A stretch of 63,618 nucleotides of DNA, filler included, from Dugesia japonica (GCA_001938525.1; 6 parts of 6 records of this genome joined end to end with filler, not necessarily neighbours in it), one strand, 5' to 3'. Counted from the whole stretch's first letter, positions 1 through 13,509 are shown. Notes: generated by a model not told the origin, from the letters alone. Program-made: numbers and translations.

Positions 1-99
1 TACTGAGTATTCGAGTAAGGAAAGTGCTACTTTTATGTCTAAAAAAATCAGAGATGATACATAACACACTGAGTCTTCGTGTACTCTATAACTGAATTA

Positions 100-370
100 T
101 TGGAGAGATTAAACGAAATGAATTTAGACAATATGATATTAATTTGTGATAATGTGGTGCTTTTTCATAAATCAACTGAAGTACAAAGATGAGCATTTAT
201 TAGTGTTTTTACCTCCTTGACACACAATTTAATCCAATCAGTACTTGGAAAGAAGAATATATTAAAAACATCAATTTCCCGAATCCAAACGAATTGATTA
301 GTGCAATACTCATAGATGTTCTGAGAATATTTGTTAGAAACATTTTATAGGCCGATGATTGTTGAATTCC
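100..370 (+). pseudogene. Decayed IS630/Tc1-type DDE transposase C-terminus
   Basis: Frames read ILICDN..HKS..LPP*..QFNPI, resembling the DN(A)..H..LPPYSPxxNPIE region of IS630-Tc1 transposases. Stops and frameshifts are present. Confidence 0.55.
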
Positions 371-739
371 NNNNNNNNNNNNNNNNNNNNNNNNNNNNNN
401 NNNNNNNNNNNNNNNNNNNNCACACAATTTAATCCAATCAGTACTTGGAAAGAAGAATATATTAAAAACATGAATTTCCCGAATCAAAACGAATTTATTA
501 GTGCAATACTCATAGATGTTCTGAGAATATTTGTTAGAAACATTTTATAGGCCGATGATTGTTGAATTCCTATGTTGTTGAATTTTGATATTGATGATCA
601 GATGAGTTCTCCAAACTCATCTAACAAACGTGATTCCAATTTTCCGAAACTAATTGATAAAAAAAATTTTCTAATTTAGAAAATTTGAAAGCCGTTGAAA
701 AATCTTGGAATGCATTCTTATGCGGGGTATTAAATAGTA

Positions 740-1559
740 CTCAGTCCGTTCCAAAATAAGTGTTCGATTTTAGTTATTTTTTTTGTTAATGGATAATTGA
801 AATAATAAAATCAGTGTGGTCAGTGTAGTTATTGATTTAAATTAAGCATAGAAAAGTTGATTTAAAAGTTGTTTTTAAGTTGACATTTGTGAAAATTGAA
901 ATAAACTGGTAAAATTTTGATACAATTATCAGTTTGGTTAGTTTTTACTCACTGGCAATTTGTTTAGGTCAATCATTATAGTCGTCCTGGCAAAAACGAT
1001 TTAAAAAAAAGTGAAAAAATCAAATTTGAATAGCAACCAGTGGCAAGGAATTCTACAATCTTTGCTCAAATCCTTCCACAATGCTAATCTAGAATACGGT
1101 GTCATTCTAGCGCATCAGCGCGAATTGATTTTCACGTTTAATCGTATTTGGAAGAGATCAAAATCATGTTATGATTCCCGGATCTTCGATAGCTAATGTG
1201 GACTCGACGAAACACAGGAAATTCGGGAAGAAAACGTAAAAATCGAGAATTAATGCTTAATAAAGTGCGGGAAACTCGACTATCGCAAAGATCAACACTT
1301 CTTGATCGATGAGTCGATCGGAAATATGCATCGCGCCTTAAAGAGTATCCTGTACCTTAAAAAAAGAACTGCAGATCAAACTATTCTCTCAGTATGTTGA
1401 CTGACTGAAGCAATGATTTATTTAATGAAATGTTGGACTAGGCAAAAATTGGCTAACTTATATGTTGGTCTTGACGAAGAAATACCAATTCGATCTTGTG
1501 AATATAACCTTTTGCATATTTCTCGATGAAATTGGACACTTATTTTGGAACGGAGGGAG
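740..1559 (+). mobile_element. Internally deleted mariner-like element with plant-type (DD39D/Stowaway-like) TIRs
   Basis: 31-bp TIRs at 740-770 (CTCAGTCCGTTCCAAAATAAGTGTTCGATTT) and 1529-1559 (revcomp CTCCCTCCGTTCCAAAATAAGTGTCCAATTT), 27/31 identical, with TA on both sides. Decayed transposase N-terminus inside (RIWKR, SQRSTL, SLSML..LFNEML). Confidence 0.8.
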
Positions 1560-2061
1560 TATTTTTTGTATTGAAATTCTATTGCAACATTGTCACGTTT
1601 TAATATTGATTTTGTCGTGTTTAAAAGATTATTATTACTGCTGATGAGTCAAAGATGAAATATAACAAGGATTTTTTGTGATGAAGGGGGCACATAAATC
1701 TGCCAAAATTTCGAGACGCCATTAATGAATATCCCCAATGACTGCTTTCACAGACATAAAAAATTGTATTTATGCTCCCATGAACTGTAACAAATTTTAT
1801 ATTTAAATTGTATTTATTATTGCATAGTTTCATTTGAAGCACAAAGTAAAACTTCAACCGTAAAATTTATTAAAATCGTAATTTCAACACTAGAAGAAAA
1901 TATTTAATTTTTTTTATTTATACTAATAAAGAATTATTATACCATTAGAAATTACTTTAATTATTATTAAATTTAAATAACAATATTTTATCTAATACTT
2001 TTTAATTTATTTAGGAATATTATTAATTATGACACGAAAATTAAAAACTATTGTAATTTAC

Positions 2062-2552
2062 CTTGTATTCCTGTTCTATCAGTGAAATTTGATAAACTTA
2101 AATGGCTGTTATTTGAGGCTAGATATTGAGAAAATCGCTATAAATCATTTATTTAATGCATGTTAATAAACTAATTTAACTTCATTTCCATAATTCATTA
2201 AATGATGAATTGTTATCAAAGATTTGAAAACAATGACCCAATTTGACTGCTGTGTTCTTTCAATTAATAAATTTGCAAGTTCTGGTATTGAAACATTAGG
2301 CTCATTGGTACATTGAACTAAATCTAAAAAATTTAATACACATATATATATATATGATATATATGATAAAATTATTATTTTAATACATTCTAAATGTTTC
2401 TTCTTTGGTGCTGCCATTTCTTCAGTTGTGGCTTTACAAACAATTTTGGCCAAACCAGATCCAGTAACACTATATTTAGCAGCATTTACTCTATCCATAA
2501 AACTTTGACCAGTTCCATTTCCATAAAGCTGTTTAACAGTTTTCCCAGCCAT
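2062..2552 (-). CDS. PICALM: PICALM/AP180 clathrin assembly protein, N-terminal ANTH domain; exons 2552-2387, 2323-2181, 2137-2062 (rest of gene not found in window)
   Basis: Splicing GT-AG introns of 63 nt and 43 nt gives ...[76 protein letters not shown]..., the ANTH signature with its KKKH PIP2-binding motif. PICALM versus SNAP91 orthology is not resolvable. Confidence 0.93.
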
Positions 2553-3109
2553 AAATTTCGAAATATAAACAAATTTAAATATTTAAACAAACTTAAAATT
2601 TATTAATAATCATTTAATTTGGATTAACAAATAAAATTCAGTTTATTTGTTTTTTATTTTTTCAATGAAATCTAACAGTAATCTAATTTAATGAACTAAG
2701 ATTGATAGAATATTAAAAATAAGTAAATATAAGTAAAAGTTGGTTAGAAACATGAAGTTTACTTCAAAATTAATTCAGTAATAAATATTCATTTTATTTA
2801 AATTAATTAAATTAATTAATAAGAAACTCAATTCTAGTTTTTTTATAAATATTAAATATTATAAATATAAAATATAAATAAATATACCTGCTCATTTTTT
2901 CAAATAATAATTACTTCTGTGAAGTAGTTTTTAAAAGCAATTTTAAATTTTTTGTCTCGATTATAATGTTTTTTAATTTTTTTAAAAGACAAATTTATAT
3001 GCTGTGTTTTTGTGTTGTCTTGAATAAATCTTGGAATGAAAAGTGTTAATTTTTTCAATGCAAAGATGAATGTTACAGATTCATCTAACAACTTCAATTT
3101 TGTAAAACG

Positions 3110-6100
3110 TCACCAGTGATATATTTAATTCTCGCTTTTTCTCCATTTGTGTCTGTGTTTGATGTTGGATCGTCAACATAAACTCTCTTTTACCCTTGAG
3201 TACCCATCTGCATTGTTGTGTTCTTTAACTTTCCTTTACTTGAGTTTAAAATCACACTGTAACAAATTTGTCATCCACGTCTAGAATTTTGTAATAATCG
3301 ATTTCTTTGTGTTGTTCATGAACTCCAAAGATTTGTGGACTGTTCTTTTATAAATATCGTTCTTTTATAAATAATGTTCAAATTCGTGTATGGCCAGTAG
3401 TTCTGTTCATTCTAAAATTCGTAAGCTAATTTTAACGATATGAATAGTTGGTCTTTTCATGTCACACAGTATTTTTTCATGAGCTTTCAAATGTATGAAT
3501 CTGTAGGCTATTATCTCTTCCTTTTTCTCTTTGCGCTGACTTAGAACTGTGCCTATTACCTTAGAATTAGTAAAAGTGTCTAGAATATTTAATCTTACCT
3601 TTGATACTCTAATACTGGAATCTTACATAACTTGTCTTTTTGCGCATTGGTACTGATCTAACATGATTATATCTAAACTAATGGAGTATTGCAAATTGAA
3701 GTTTTTTGAAATAAAGGAGTTGCAATCTTTGCGTATTTTTTATAAAACTATGTAGTAGTTTGTCAGTTCTAGAACAGACGATGTTTTCAAGAACATTCTG
3801 GTACTATAGCATTCTCAATCTCCTCAAACTTAACTTTTTTAGTATATTTACCAGCAGGTTTGACTAATGTCTCAAGAACAACACTTCTTTTTTTTAAATA
3901 AAACTTGCATTTCTCAAGGTTTATTTTTAATCTATATTCTCTGATTTGAAAAACAATGTTTCTAGCATCTTTCTCTTATTCTTTTAAGTTTTTTCGCACA
4001 CTAGAATATCGTCCAAATATGTTAAAACTCCATTGAATATTAATTCCTTAAACAATGCAAGCTGGTGCTGTAGTTAATTCAAAAGGCATTTTGTTGAATC
4101 TTGATTAATCTTTCTTTGTACAAAAAGTTGTGACATTACTTGAATTTTTCACAAAATTCCACTTAGTAATAAACTTGTTTGATATCAATCGATGAAATTA
4201 TTTTCTCTTCTAATAAACAATTTAATAATAACTAAATGACTTGTATTAGAAAACATACTTTTTCTTTTATAAAATTTACTAGTCTTTAACTCATACATAT
4301 TATGATTGAGTCGTAAATTTTACCAGCAATAACTAATAGAAAATTTCAAGAGCTGTACAACCTGATGATTACTTCAATTTTCCATAATTCTTTAATCGTA
4401 AACTCAATTTTCTTTTCTAAATGATTCAGCTGTCTCCTAAGGTGTTATACTATTGGATCTCTTTTCACTTTTATTTCATGTATTACCTGTCTCATGTTTC
4501 CGATATATAATTTGGAAATCATGAATATCTTACCTAGATTCTGAATCAATTGAACCATTTTTATTTTACCAATCTCTTTGAGTAACTTTAATGCGTGATT
4601 TTTTCTATCTTTTTCAGAATGTGTTATTTTCAGACATTCATTTTTGATGTTATTTATTTCTATTATTTTCATTAAAAAAACTATTCATTTATCAAAATCA
4701 CCTATCAATTCTGAGTGGAGTTGTCAACTATGATGACTTTAAATTTTCTGAATTTCTTTCCCACTGTATATTCAATTCTGCTATGCCAAACAGTTTGTTT
4801 ATACATAATAAATGATCCGTTCAAAAAGATATTACACAATGTAAACCATAGTTTTCCAAATTTGATTCAATAGTTTTTAATCATGACTGGCGCCACAGCT
4901 CCGGAATCATAGAGAAAATCTTACTTAACTCTATTCTTGTCCATATTCGCTTGTAAATATGTCTCTTCTCCCATTATCATTTTGATTTATTTTATCTCTC
5001 TATACAATAACACTATCAATGACACCAATGGAGTCTTTTTGGTTTTCTTTTCACTACTACATCATGATCTGTTATATTCTTATTTTTTTCTTTTGAATTG
5101 TTCAATTCCTTTCAAATAAACATAATTTTAGAGTTCATTCTACCAGACATACCTGTCAACAAAACATAAGATCTAAAATTATTGCCAGATCTTTCAGAAA
5201 TAAAACATCTGTTTTACTCTTGTTTTTTATACTCATGTTTTTCTCACTAATAACATTTTTTCTCCATAATTTATCCCTCATCAATGCTCCGGAAACCCCA
5301 TCTTTTTTTTAAAATAATTATTTGCTAAATACGTCATCGAAAGCGTGGGCTTTGGCTTAACTATCCGTGTTCTATCTTCCGTCATCACCGGTTTAGTGTT
5401 TCTATCATACACTAATTTTTACGGATAAAAATTTCAAACTAACTTTCTGTCTATTCTTGTCTACTTTATGTCTCTTCACCATATTGGTGTAATTAATCCA
5501 TTTTCGTATAATGCAGACGTTTACATTTTCGATGATTCGTTGAGAATCTTCTTTAGCCTGGTAAATTATTTCGAGGAATTTCATTTTTGTGATCTTGATA
5601 TAAGAATGTGTCATCCATTTTATCTACTATTTCTATTTTGCACTTTTTTTAAGAGTACGCCAATATTTTTTCATTCTTTACTCAATTCTGAATTAATAAC
5701 ATTAGCTATTAGATTTTTTACTATGATCTGGAATGTTGCGAATCTTTTTTCCGTCTTTTTATTCGCCATTACTAATTATAAAACCCACTCTGAAACGGTT
5801 ATTTTATTGTAATGATATCTGTAAACCATTACTTGGTTTTCTCTGTCGTGATCTACATCTTTCAAAAATTTTAATAAATGATTCCATCTTCGTCTGACAA
5901 AAGCCAAGCAAATATATCCAAAAACTTGAAGTCAATAATACTAATCCTTTCTTTGATGTCCTTGAATTATCTTGAAGTTTTTGCCAAACCTTTACGATCA
6001 TATTTCTCACATTGAAAATCATTGATTCTCGAGCTTTTTTGGTAAACTATTTAAAATGAATTTCTTTTTATATTGTCTTTTCACCGCATTCACAGATCTG

Positions 6101-6730
6101 GAGTGGTTGAACTCTCTTTATATTTTCATTGCTCTTTGTGTTCCAAGAATTATAATATAGGGGATTTGCTAGTCTCACATTGCTGCAGATTATTTGATTT
6201 GATATTCCGACAGCTAAGACCTTTCTACATCTAAATGGACAATGGTAACAAATATGCCATAGTATCCGCCAAAAGCAGAAAGTTACATTTTTGAAAAATT
6301 GTTTTTTATTGTAGCCTTACCAATTACAGTAAATACATTCTCGACTTCATCATCTTTCAATTTCGTCGGGATTCTTGATTTGCTCTCATCTCTGTTATTG
6401 AACTGATGTTCTGATCGTCCTCTGTGATGCCTTTCAATTTTCATTTCTCAGTTGTAAATCTACGTAACAATCTCGTTGTTCTCTTAGTTCAATGTTCTAA
6501 AATGACCTGTAGCCAGTTGCCCATTTCCTTTTGTTTCTTTTTGTTTCTCTGCATTGATCGTAATTTATCTATTTCTCTTGAAATATCCTGTAACTAGTTT
6601 GCTGAAAATTCGTGGCTGGTTTTTAAACCGTACTTATTTGATAATTTTCTAAAAACTTTCCTGATTGGCTTACCGGTTAGGTTTATTTAGTCGGCAGCTT
6701 GTGACTGGTTTGCTGAACATAGCCATTTGG
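3110..6730 (-). mobile_element. Decayed Gypsy/Ty3 LTR retrotransposon internal region (gag-PR-RT-RNaseH)
   Basis: Protease LYDSGA (~4895-4920), RT SIDIKQVY (~4170-4195) and FNKMPFELTTAPA (~4060-4100), RNaseH IGTVLSQ..EIIAY (~3505-3560) and HNNADGYSR (~3195-3220). Many stops; the gag extent is approximate. Confidence 0.8.
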
Positions 6731-6769
6731 TAATTTGCTCAATCATTTCATAACTAGCTTGAGTAGTAA

Positions 6770-8374
6770 TTTAATTTAGTATTGAGAACGATTATCCATA
6801 CCAACCCATAAGTTACCCTACCATCCTATGATTGGTTTTCTCATCAACATTGATAACTTCTTCTTGGAAGTACAGGCCCCTACCAATTAAGTTTACATTC
6901 GTTATGCTAGAGCGATATTAGCTCTGTAATTGATCAACGCTACCCTTGAAAATTAAGTACAACATTTTATGGAAACCGTTTATTGAGACAACATAAAATA
7001 ATAGAAGTAGTTTCAGGGTATAACATAACATAGTTTACATTAGCATGAATATCAATAGTTTATCATATCGATTGATTCTTCTTCTGTCACGCCTTGATTC
7101 AATTTTACATTCTTGTTGTGAGTATTCGGCATATTTTTTATTTAGAATAACATCATTAGTAGATACCAAATCTACAAAGAGCATCATCATTAATAAATGT
7201 TCTCTTTTAATCGCGCTCCAGTGAGCATTAATGCCTGTGCTTCACTATGCACGTTTCTCATCATTTGGGTTTAGGTTCATAATTGTTTCATTCTTTGAGA
7301 ACCATGCCAGAAGTTTGAGGATATTCATTTGATCTCATAAACATATTTATCTCTCCTTCTGAGTTAAATTATTCCAAATTTGAGTATATACCTATTATGT
7401 AAAAAACTCGAGCGCGAAAATTCAAAATTTTCAATTTTTCGATACAAAACCCAATTTATTTCATAACGGATAAACTTTAGCGATTTTAAGTTAATGTTTA
7501 CGGAATCAGCGGTAAATTCTCTATTTAATAGACATAGTTATTTTATCAAAAGATGAGAAAAAGATTTTCGAAAATTTTTATTTGTGAACAATGATTTCCA
7601 TCTAATTTCGCATCGATTGTGTAAAAATCTCGACAAAAAAGTTTTTCAAAAATTTCAAAATTTGGGAGGTCACCCGGATTCACAGAAAAATTGGACTCGA
7701 AAATTTCAACAAAGATGAACAAATTTCCCCAATTTACCACAAAAATTTAAAATATTGTTAAAAACTTGAAAATTTAAACAAATTCGACTTTTTCCATGAA
7801 TTTCTATGAATCTTCAACCCAAACTCAAGGAAAAATTAAATTGAATCGCTCAAAGATTACCCAAACTGACCAATCCAAAGGAAAAAGTTTACTTAAATAA
7901 CCGAAAATGAACAAAGGTCTACCTCACCAAGGAAACCTTTGACCAAATCACACAAAAATTACCAAAATTCTCCATACCGGAGGAAACAATTTACCTACAT
8001 CTCACAAAATGAGCAAAATTCGACCTCACCAAGAAAATTATCAATCAAATTCCCCTGGACCAACCAAAAATCGAACTTACCGAGGAAATTCCAGAATAAA
8101 ACTACTTAAAACCATACAAAAATCAACGTCATTTGACCTCACCGAATAAATTACCAAACAAAAAGCCTGAAATATTTTCCCAACTAAATATACAGTAAAA
8201 ATTCTGGATTACTTAATCCGATTACGTCAAATTCTCGACGATGAAATTAATCTGATGACATAATTTGTGCAAAAAATTTCCCCAACTAAATACACATGCA
8301 ATACATTAGGATTAAGTTTCATTACATCATCTAATCCTGGGGGAGGAGAGCCAGTGCGCTATTATCTACCTACT
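6770..8374 (-). mobile_element. Polinton/Maverick terminal fragment (terminus at 8374) with subterminal repeats and small decayed ORFs
   Basis: The minus strand starts AGTAGGTAGATAATAGCGCACTGG followed by a C-rich tract, matching the other termini. Degenerate GACCTCACC(A/G)AG repeats lie at ~7860-8150. The inner boundary is approximate. Confidence 0.65.
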
Positions 8375-10170
8375 CAATTAGGATTTTTTTTTCATATCTT
8401 AATATTTTAAAATTTTTTGATAAAATCAATCATAAAACAATTTTTATTTATGGTAAATTGTTGGATTTATTACAACAATATTGTGAGGGTTGTAAGCTAG
8501 ACTTACATTGATTTATCTAGTTTATAAATTTATTTATAAAATTTTATTTAATTTAATTCATAAAATTTCTGTTTGTTTAAACTTTTCAATATATTAAAAC
8601 TTTCAAGGTCATTCAATTTAATAAAAGAATTTTTATAAATTACTAAAATTAGAAATAAGAAATTAATCAATATTTAATTTAATAAAAAGAATTTTNNNNN
8701 NNNNNNNNNNNNNNNNNNNNNNNNNNNNNNNNNNNNNNNNNNNNNNNNNNNNNNNNNATAAATTATTACTATATTTAGTAATAATGAATATTTTCCTTAA
8801 TTTTTTCTTATGTGTATTAACACACATACTCGTTAAATTTAGTATAAATACTGATTGAAAATCAGTAGTTTTTACACATAAATTTTGCTAAATTAGCAGT
8901 TCGGCTAAACAGCAGTAAAAATTTAAAGGANNNNATTACTAGCAGTAAAGGTAATAATTTTTGTATTTGTAGAACAAATATAAATCTGTTTAGATTATTA
9001 TTTGTTTCTATTTAAAATTTTTGGATTTTGTCAGATAATAATACAGTGGTTCAAGCACTGATATATTATCTGTGATTTCTTATAAAATTAATTAAATACA
9101 CATCTTGAAGTAACACGTATGGTGAGGAAATTTAGGCCCATTATTCATAGCTTATGAGGACGGTATTGCAATACCGGTATTCATCCTTTAATTAAAATTT
9201 ATACAGGAGCAGTTTTGCTCAATCCGTAAAATCAATCGCCTTGCTAATTATTGTAATTTTTTATAAATTTTAGTTTATATTTGATTTATTGAAATAAAGT
9301 TTTATATAATATAACGTGTTCTCTTTGTTATTTATTGTTAATATCATATACAATTATTATAATAGAATACCTTAAGCGGCATATAATTTTCGTATTTTAC
9401 TTGGAGTCAGATTTAATAATTAATTGTTATTTCTCCCCACAAGATCTAACAAGATAGAATCCAATTTGATTGCATAAAGTTGGAAATCGATTTATTAATA
9501 CAAAAAATATAAATAATGTAAAATATATATATAATATCATATATGTATAATATAAATAAACATAAGCAGACCTTGGTTTTTCTATTTCATTTTCTGTCAA
9601 ATATCATTATTAGTTTTCTGTTTTAACCATTTCCTTTAATTATTTATTTATTATTCTCACAATTTGTTATTTCATTTAATATATCTGTATGTTTTAAAAA
9701 GCGAGGTAACTTTTTGTGTGGTTAATGATCGTTTTTCTGAAAATATTTTATTAAAAAAGATTTAAATTGTATATTAAAAATTTAAATAACGAATAAGTAT
9801 TGTTTTGTTTTAAACTTTAAATTACGTTTTAAATAATAAAATAAAAATTTGTTTTAAAATTTGAATAAAAAAGTTAAATAACCTGAAATAAATTTTAAAA
9901 TAACTTGAAAAANNNNNNNNNNNNNNNNNNNNNNNNNNNNNNNNNNNNNNNNNNNNNNNNNNNNNNNNNNNNNNNNNNNNNNNNNNNNNNNGTTTCCATG
10001 GAACCGAGTTTTGATATTAATGATCCAATGAGCACTTCAAACTCATCTAACAATATCTATTTCTTTATTTTATTTATTCTTCACTTAATTTAATCTATTT
10101 TTTTTCTTTATTTTAATGATTCATTGATTACTTATGAAATTTTGCAGTTTTAGATTTTCATTATCACTGA

Positions 10171-10513
10171 CAATGGCGTAGCCAAGGGGGGAGGGGATTA
10201 AGGATTTAAACCCAACCTTGGTGTATAAAAAAAATTTCATTTTTTGATGTGACTTAGAGATTCCAAACTGAATATTCGAATATATTTGTGTGTTAATTGA
10301 CTATTTTATATTCGAATATTTGGAAAAAATATTCGAATAATTTTTGAACGATAAAAATTATATATTGTAAAAATTTAATCTGTACACCATAATTATTTTT
10401 TTTGATGTTCCATACGTTGTCTCCGGACTTTAAGGAATCAGCTAATGACGTCATTGTTTAATACTTGGCGTCTTTGTTGTTTTAAATTTCATATATTCCT
10501 GGCTACGCTACTG
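10171..10513. mobile_element. hAT-type MITE
   Basis: TIRs CAATGGCGTAGCCAAGG and revcomp CAGTAGCGTAGCCAGG. The 8-bp flanks ATCACTGA and ACCACCGA (6/8) fit a decayed TSD. Confidence 0.75.
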
Positions 10514-11658
10514 ACCACCGATATTTTATTTATTGTCTTGGTTTTATTTAACGCGTTCTTACATCTTTTTATCTTTTGCCANTTTATCTCGTTCATTATT
10601 TCTGGCATTATTTTATTTGATATTCTCTTTCTGATATTTATTTCATTTATCTAATTTTTTATTTTTTTCATTTTCTCATTGTTTTATTTTCTTCTTATTA
10701 TATAGTTATTCTTATTCAATTATTACTGTTTTATTTTCGTCTTTGTTTCTTTACTACTTTATTTGTTAATTCACCCCTGAGCCGTTTATTAATTAACATC
10801 TAACGTTTTTTGTATAAAAAATTAATAACAAAATATACATTGAACTTGAATGGAACCCTCGGCAGAATAGTAATAAACAATGCGAAATTTTTGAATTTTG
10901 CAGAATTTCTAGTTTAAAATAAGCATTAAATTAATAGTAATAAAATTGATTATTTGATATTTAAATTAAAATTTAATTAAAGATAGGATTGCGCCAGTGG
11001 TTATAGTTTATATTGATTAAAAGTCAATTTGAAGTGAAGTAACCAACAAGCTATGCCTATCGATAAAAATTAAATGAATTATTCATTTATTTTGAAGATG
11101 ATATTCGCTACTTATAATTGTGAATGACCATTTCAGTTATATTTAAAATACTTATTGTTTAATAACTTCAGTATTGACTTTACACTTTTATCGATTGATT
11201 TTCAGTTAAATTAATTAAATTTAATAAATTCATTCATAATATAACAGGTGGTTAAAATTAAAAAATGAAAATAAGAGTGCATCTACATTTATTTTATAAT
11301 TGATACTTATTACTTACAATTGCTAGTAATAATTTCAATTATATTTAAAATACTATTGAAAATTTCAATTTAACAAAGGTTTGTAGATTATTTTTCTAAT
11401 ATTATGGTGAAATATAGAAAAATGCAATAACATTTAGTAATTCAGTTAAAAAATTTGAAAATAAAAAATAATATTTTCATACATACTTTCATTTTATAAT
11501 TATTATTTGTTACTTATAATTGTCAATAATAATTTTAGTTATATTTTGAAACCGTTGTAAAGCCAATATCCAAAAATTTGTTTTTGTAGTTTTCTAGTTT
11601 ATTTAGAAATATTATGCAATCCAACCTCTGTAAACAGGAAAACTTGTAGACCTGACGC

Positions 11659-12143
11659 AGTGGGTAAATAGTGGCGAATGAGACCAGCCTCCTCGTCTAG
11701 AATGATTTTTTACCTTGACTTAATGTTTAAAAATTGATTTTGGTGATCAATTTTTATCGTTGGATTTGTATCGTAATGATAACTTTATTATTGCGTTAAA
11801 AATTTTGTCGGATGTCATGGTAAAGAGTAATTTCAAATTAAAACACTCTTAAATTTTAAAATTTTAATTTTTTTAGTCGAAACGGATTTCATTCATCCAG
11901 AAATCAAAAACTACCTGTACATGACCTTAAGAACTATTATCAAAAAATGCTTCGTTCTCGAGATAAGAGTTTTGACGCATCAACCCTCACCTAGCCGTCG
12001 AAGAGAATGTGGTATGAAAATCAATTTTGGATATATAGACACAGAATTTAATTTTTAGAACTTCTGCTGAATCCAAACTTTAGTTTAATGTATCAGCAGC
12101 ACAAGTATTTCCCTTTGATGTTTTGAAAATGGTCTAGAGCCTT
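11659..12143 (+). mobile_element. Older Polinton-type terminal repeat, interrupted by a younger Polinton at 12144
   Basis: Starts AGTGGGTAAATAGTGGCG. Segment 11975-12142 is homologous to the revcomp of 27415-27590, which itself ends in a Polinton terminus. Confidence 0.55.
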
Positions 12144-12179
12144 AGTAGGCAGATAGTAGTGCACTGTATCACCCACCCC

Positions 12180-12592
12180 TCAAGGTAAAATTTTTTCAAG
12201 GTCACTGATACAGTATAATTGATTCTCATTGGTCAGTGATCTAGTATACTCAATTCTGATTGGCGGAAAATTTGAAGGTCATATTTTCAAGGTCCAACTG
12301 ATACAGTATACTCTATTCTGATTGATCGAAATATTTTCAAGGTCAAATTGATATAGTATCCTGCGATCTGATTGGTCGAAGTGTTTCCAGGTCAAAGTGA
12401 GATAGTATCTTGTGCTCTGATTAGTGGAAGTGTTTTAAGATCAAAATGATATAGTACCTTACGATCTNATTGGTCGAAGCGTTTCAAGGTCAAAGCGATA
12501 TAGTATCCTATGATCTGATTAGATGAAGTGGTTCAAGGTCAAAGTGATAAAGTATCGTGCGATCTGATTAGTCGAAATGTTTCAAGGTCATC
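12180..12592 (+). repeat. Tandem ~49-bp subterminal repeat (about 8 units)
   Basis: Unit approximately TTTCAAGGTCAAAGTGATATAGTATCCTGCGATCTGATTGGTCGAAGTG. TCAAGGTCA-like cores at ~12196, 12287, 12337, 12387, 12436, 12484, 12533 and 12582. Confidence 0.9.
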
Positions 12593-13493
12593 TGATAAAC
12601 TTTATATTTAAATTCCTCAAGCATACTGAATATTTAAATTTTCCGCGTATAATTAATATTAATATTTTTCTTTTGTTTTAATTTATCATTTTTTTAAAAA
12701 TTTTTATTTTTGATTTAACGGTCAGATAGGAAAAGTAAAACTCATAGGTATGACTCATTGTTATGAATTATCGTTATGACTCATGGTTTTTTAAAATTTT
12801 TTTTGTTAGGGACATGAATTTAACCATAGGATAGAGAATTAAAAAGTAACATAGGAATGTCTTACTAACTTGTATCGTTAAATCATTTCTTCCTATTAAA
12901 ATCGCATTCAGAAAATTAATTCTTTTGATTACGTAATCCATTACATAACCAATTTTCAAGAATTTTGTACAGTTATTTGTTTATATTGTCTATATTTCTT
13001 ATTGGAAAGTTACAAATTTGATATCAGTAGACGCGCAATAGAAAGCCGCGCAATGTATTGCACTTAAATGTAGAAACATGATATCGCGCCGAACATTACA
13101 TTATTGAACGCACGATTACATGACAAACAAAAATGATTCTAGTGACTTAATCATAAAAGCTATTAAACAAAGACAATTTTAAAGAAATAACTTTATCTAA
13201 ATTCATTGTTGATAAAATAAAAAAGGACGATTTTGTTTTTATTGTCCATTGTTGCAACTTCATTTTCTTTGTTTAACTTGCACTTTTATTGCGCCCCTGA
13301 ATTACTAATGCTCATTGTTTACTTGTATTTGAGTTGCATTGTCTTTGATTAACCTGTATTCATGTTGCACAAGTATGACTCAGTTTTTTTCTTGACTTGT
13401 ACCTGTATTGCATTTTTCTTTGTTTAAGTTTCCTTATCGAACTTATAATTTTGAGCTCTTTAGAGGACTTATATACTCTTAATCAATATTTGA

Positions 13494-13509
13494 GGTCCTA
13501 AAGAGGACC
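13494..13509 (-). promoter_or_regulatory. Histone-mRNA-type 3' stem-loop downstream of Polinton pPolB
   Basis: Minus strand GGTCCT-CTTT-AGGACC (perfect 6-bp stem, 4-nt loop) followed by TCAAA, 130 nt after the pPolB stop. Confidence 0.7.

Noticed and set aside
221-570. 150-bp direct repeat either side of an N gap
   Set aside because: This is the typical unmerged contig overlap or haplotype artefact at a gap.
1612-1668. Hammerhead-ribozyme-like core CTGATGA-GTCAAAGAT-GAAA
   Set aside because: No convincing stem I or NUH cleavage site could be built. At best it is a dead Penelope-type remnant.
2163-2552. 129-aa single-exon ORF as listed in the ORF track
   Set aside because: It reads through a 63-nt in-frame intron and into intron 2. 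The spliced model fits the ANTH domain.
9162-9177. 16-bp palindrome CGGTATTGCAATACCG
   Set aside because: Isolated, with no paired termini found. It is probably a transposon subterminal remnant.
12180-12592. CRISPR-like regular repeats
   Set aside because: Whole units are repeated with no unique spacers, the context is eukaryotic, and there are no cas genes.
13453-13469. Fourth histone-like hairpin
   Set aside because: Too degenerate (AGTCCTCTAAAGAGC). It is possibly a decayed duplicate of 13494-13509.
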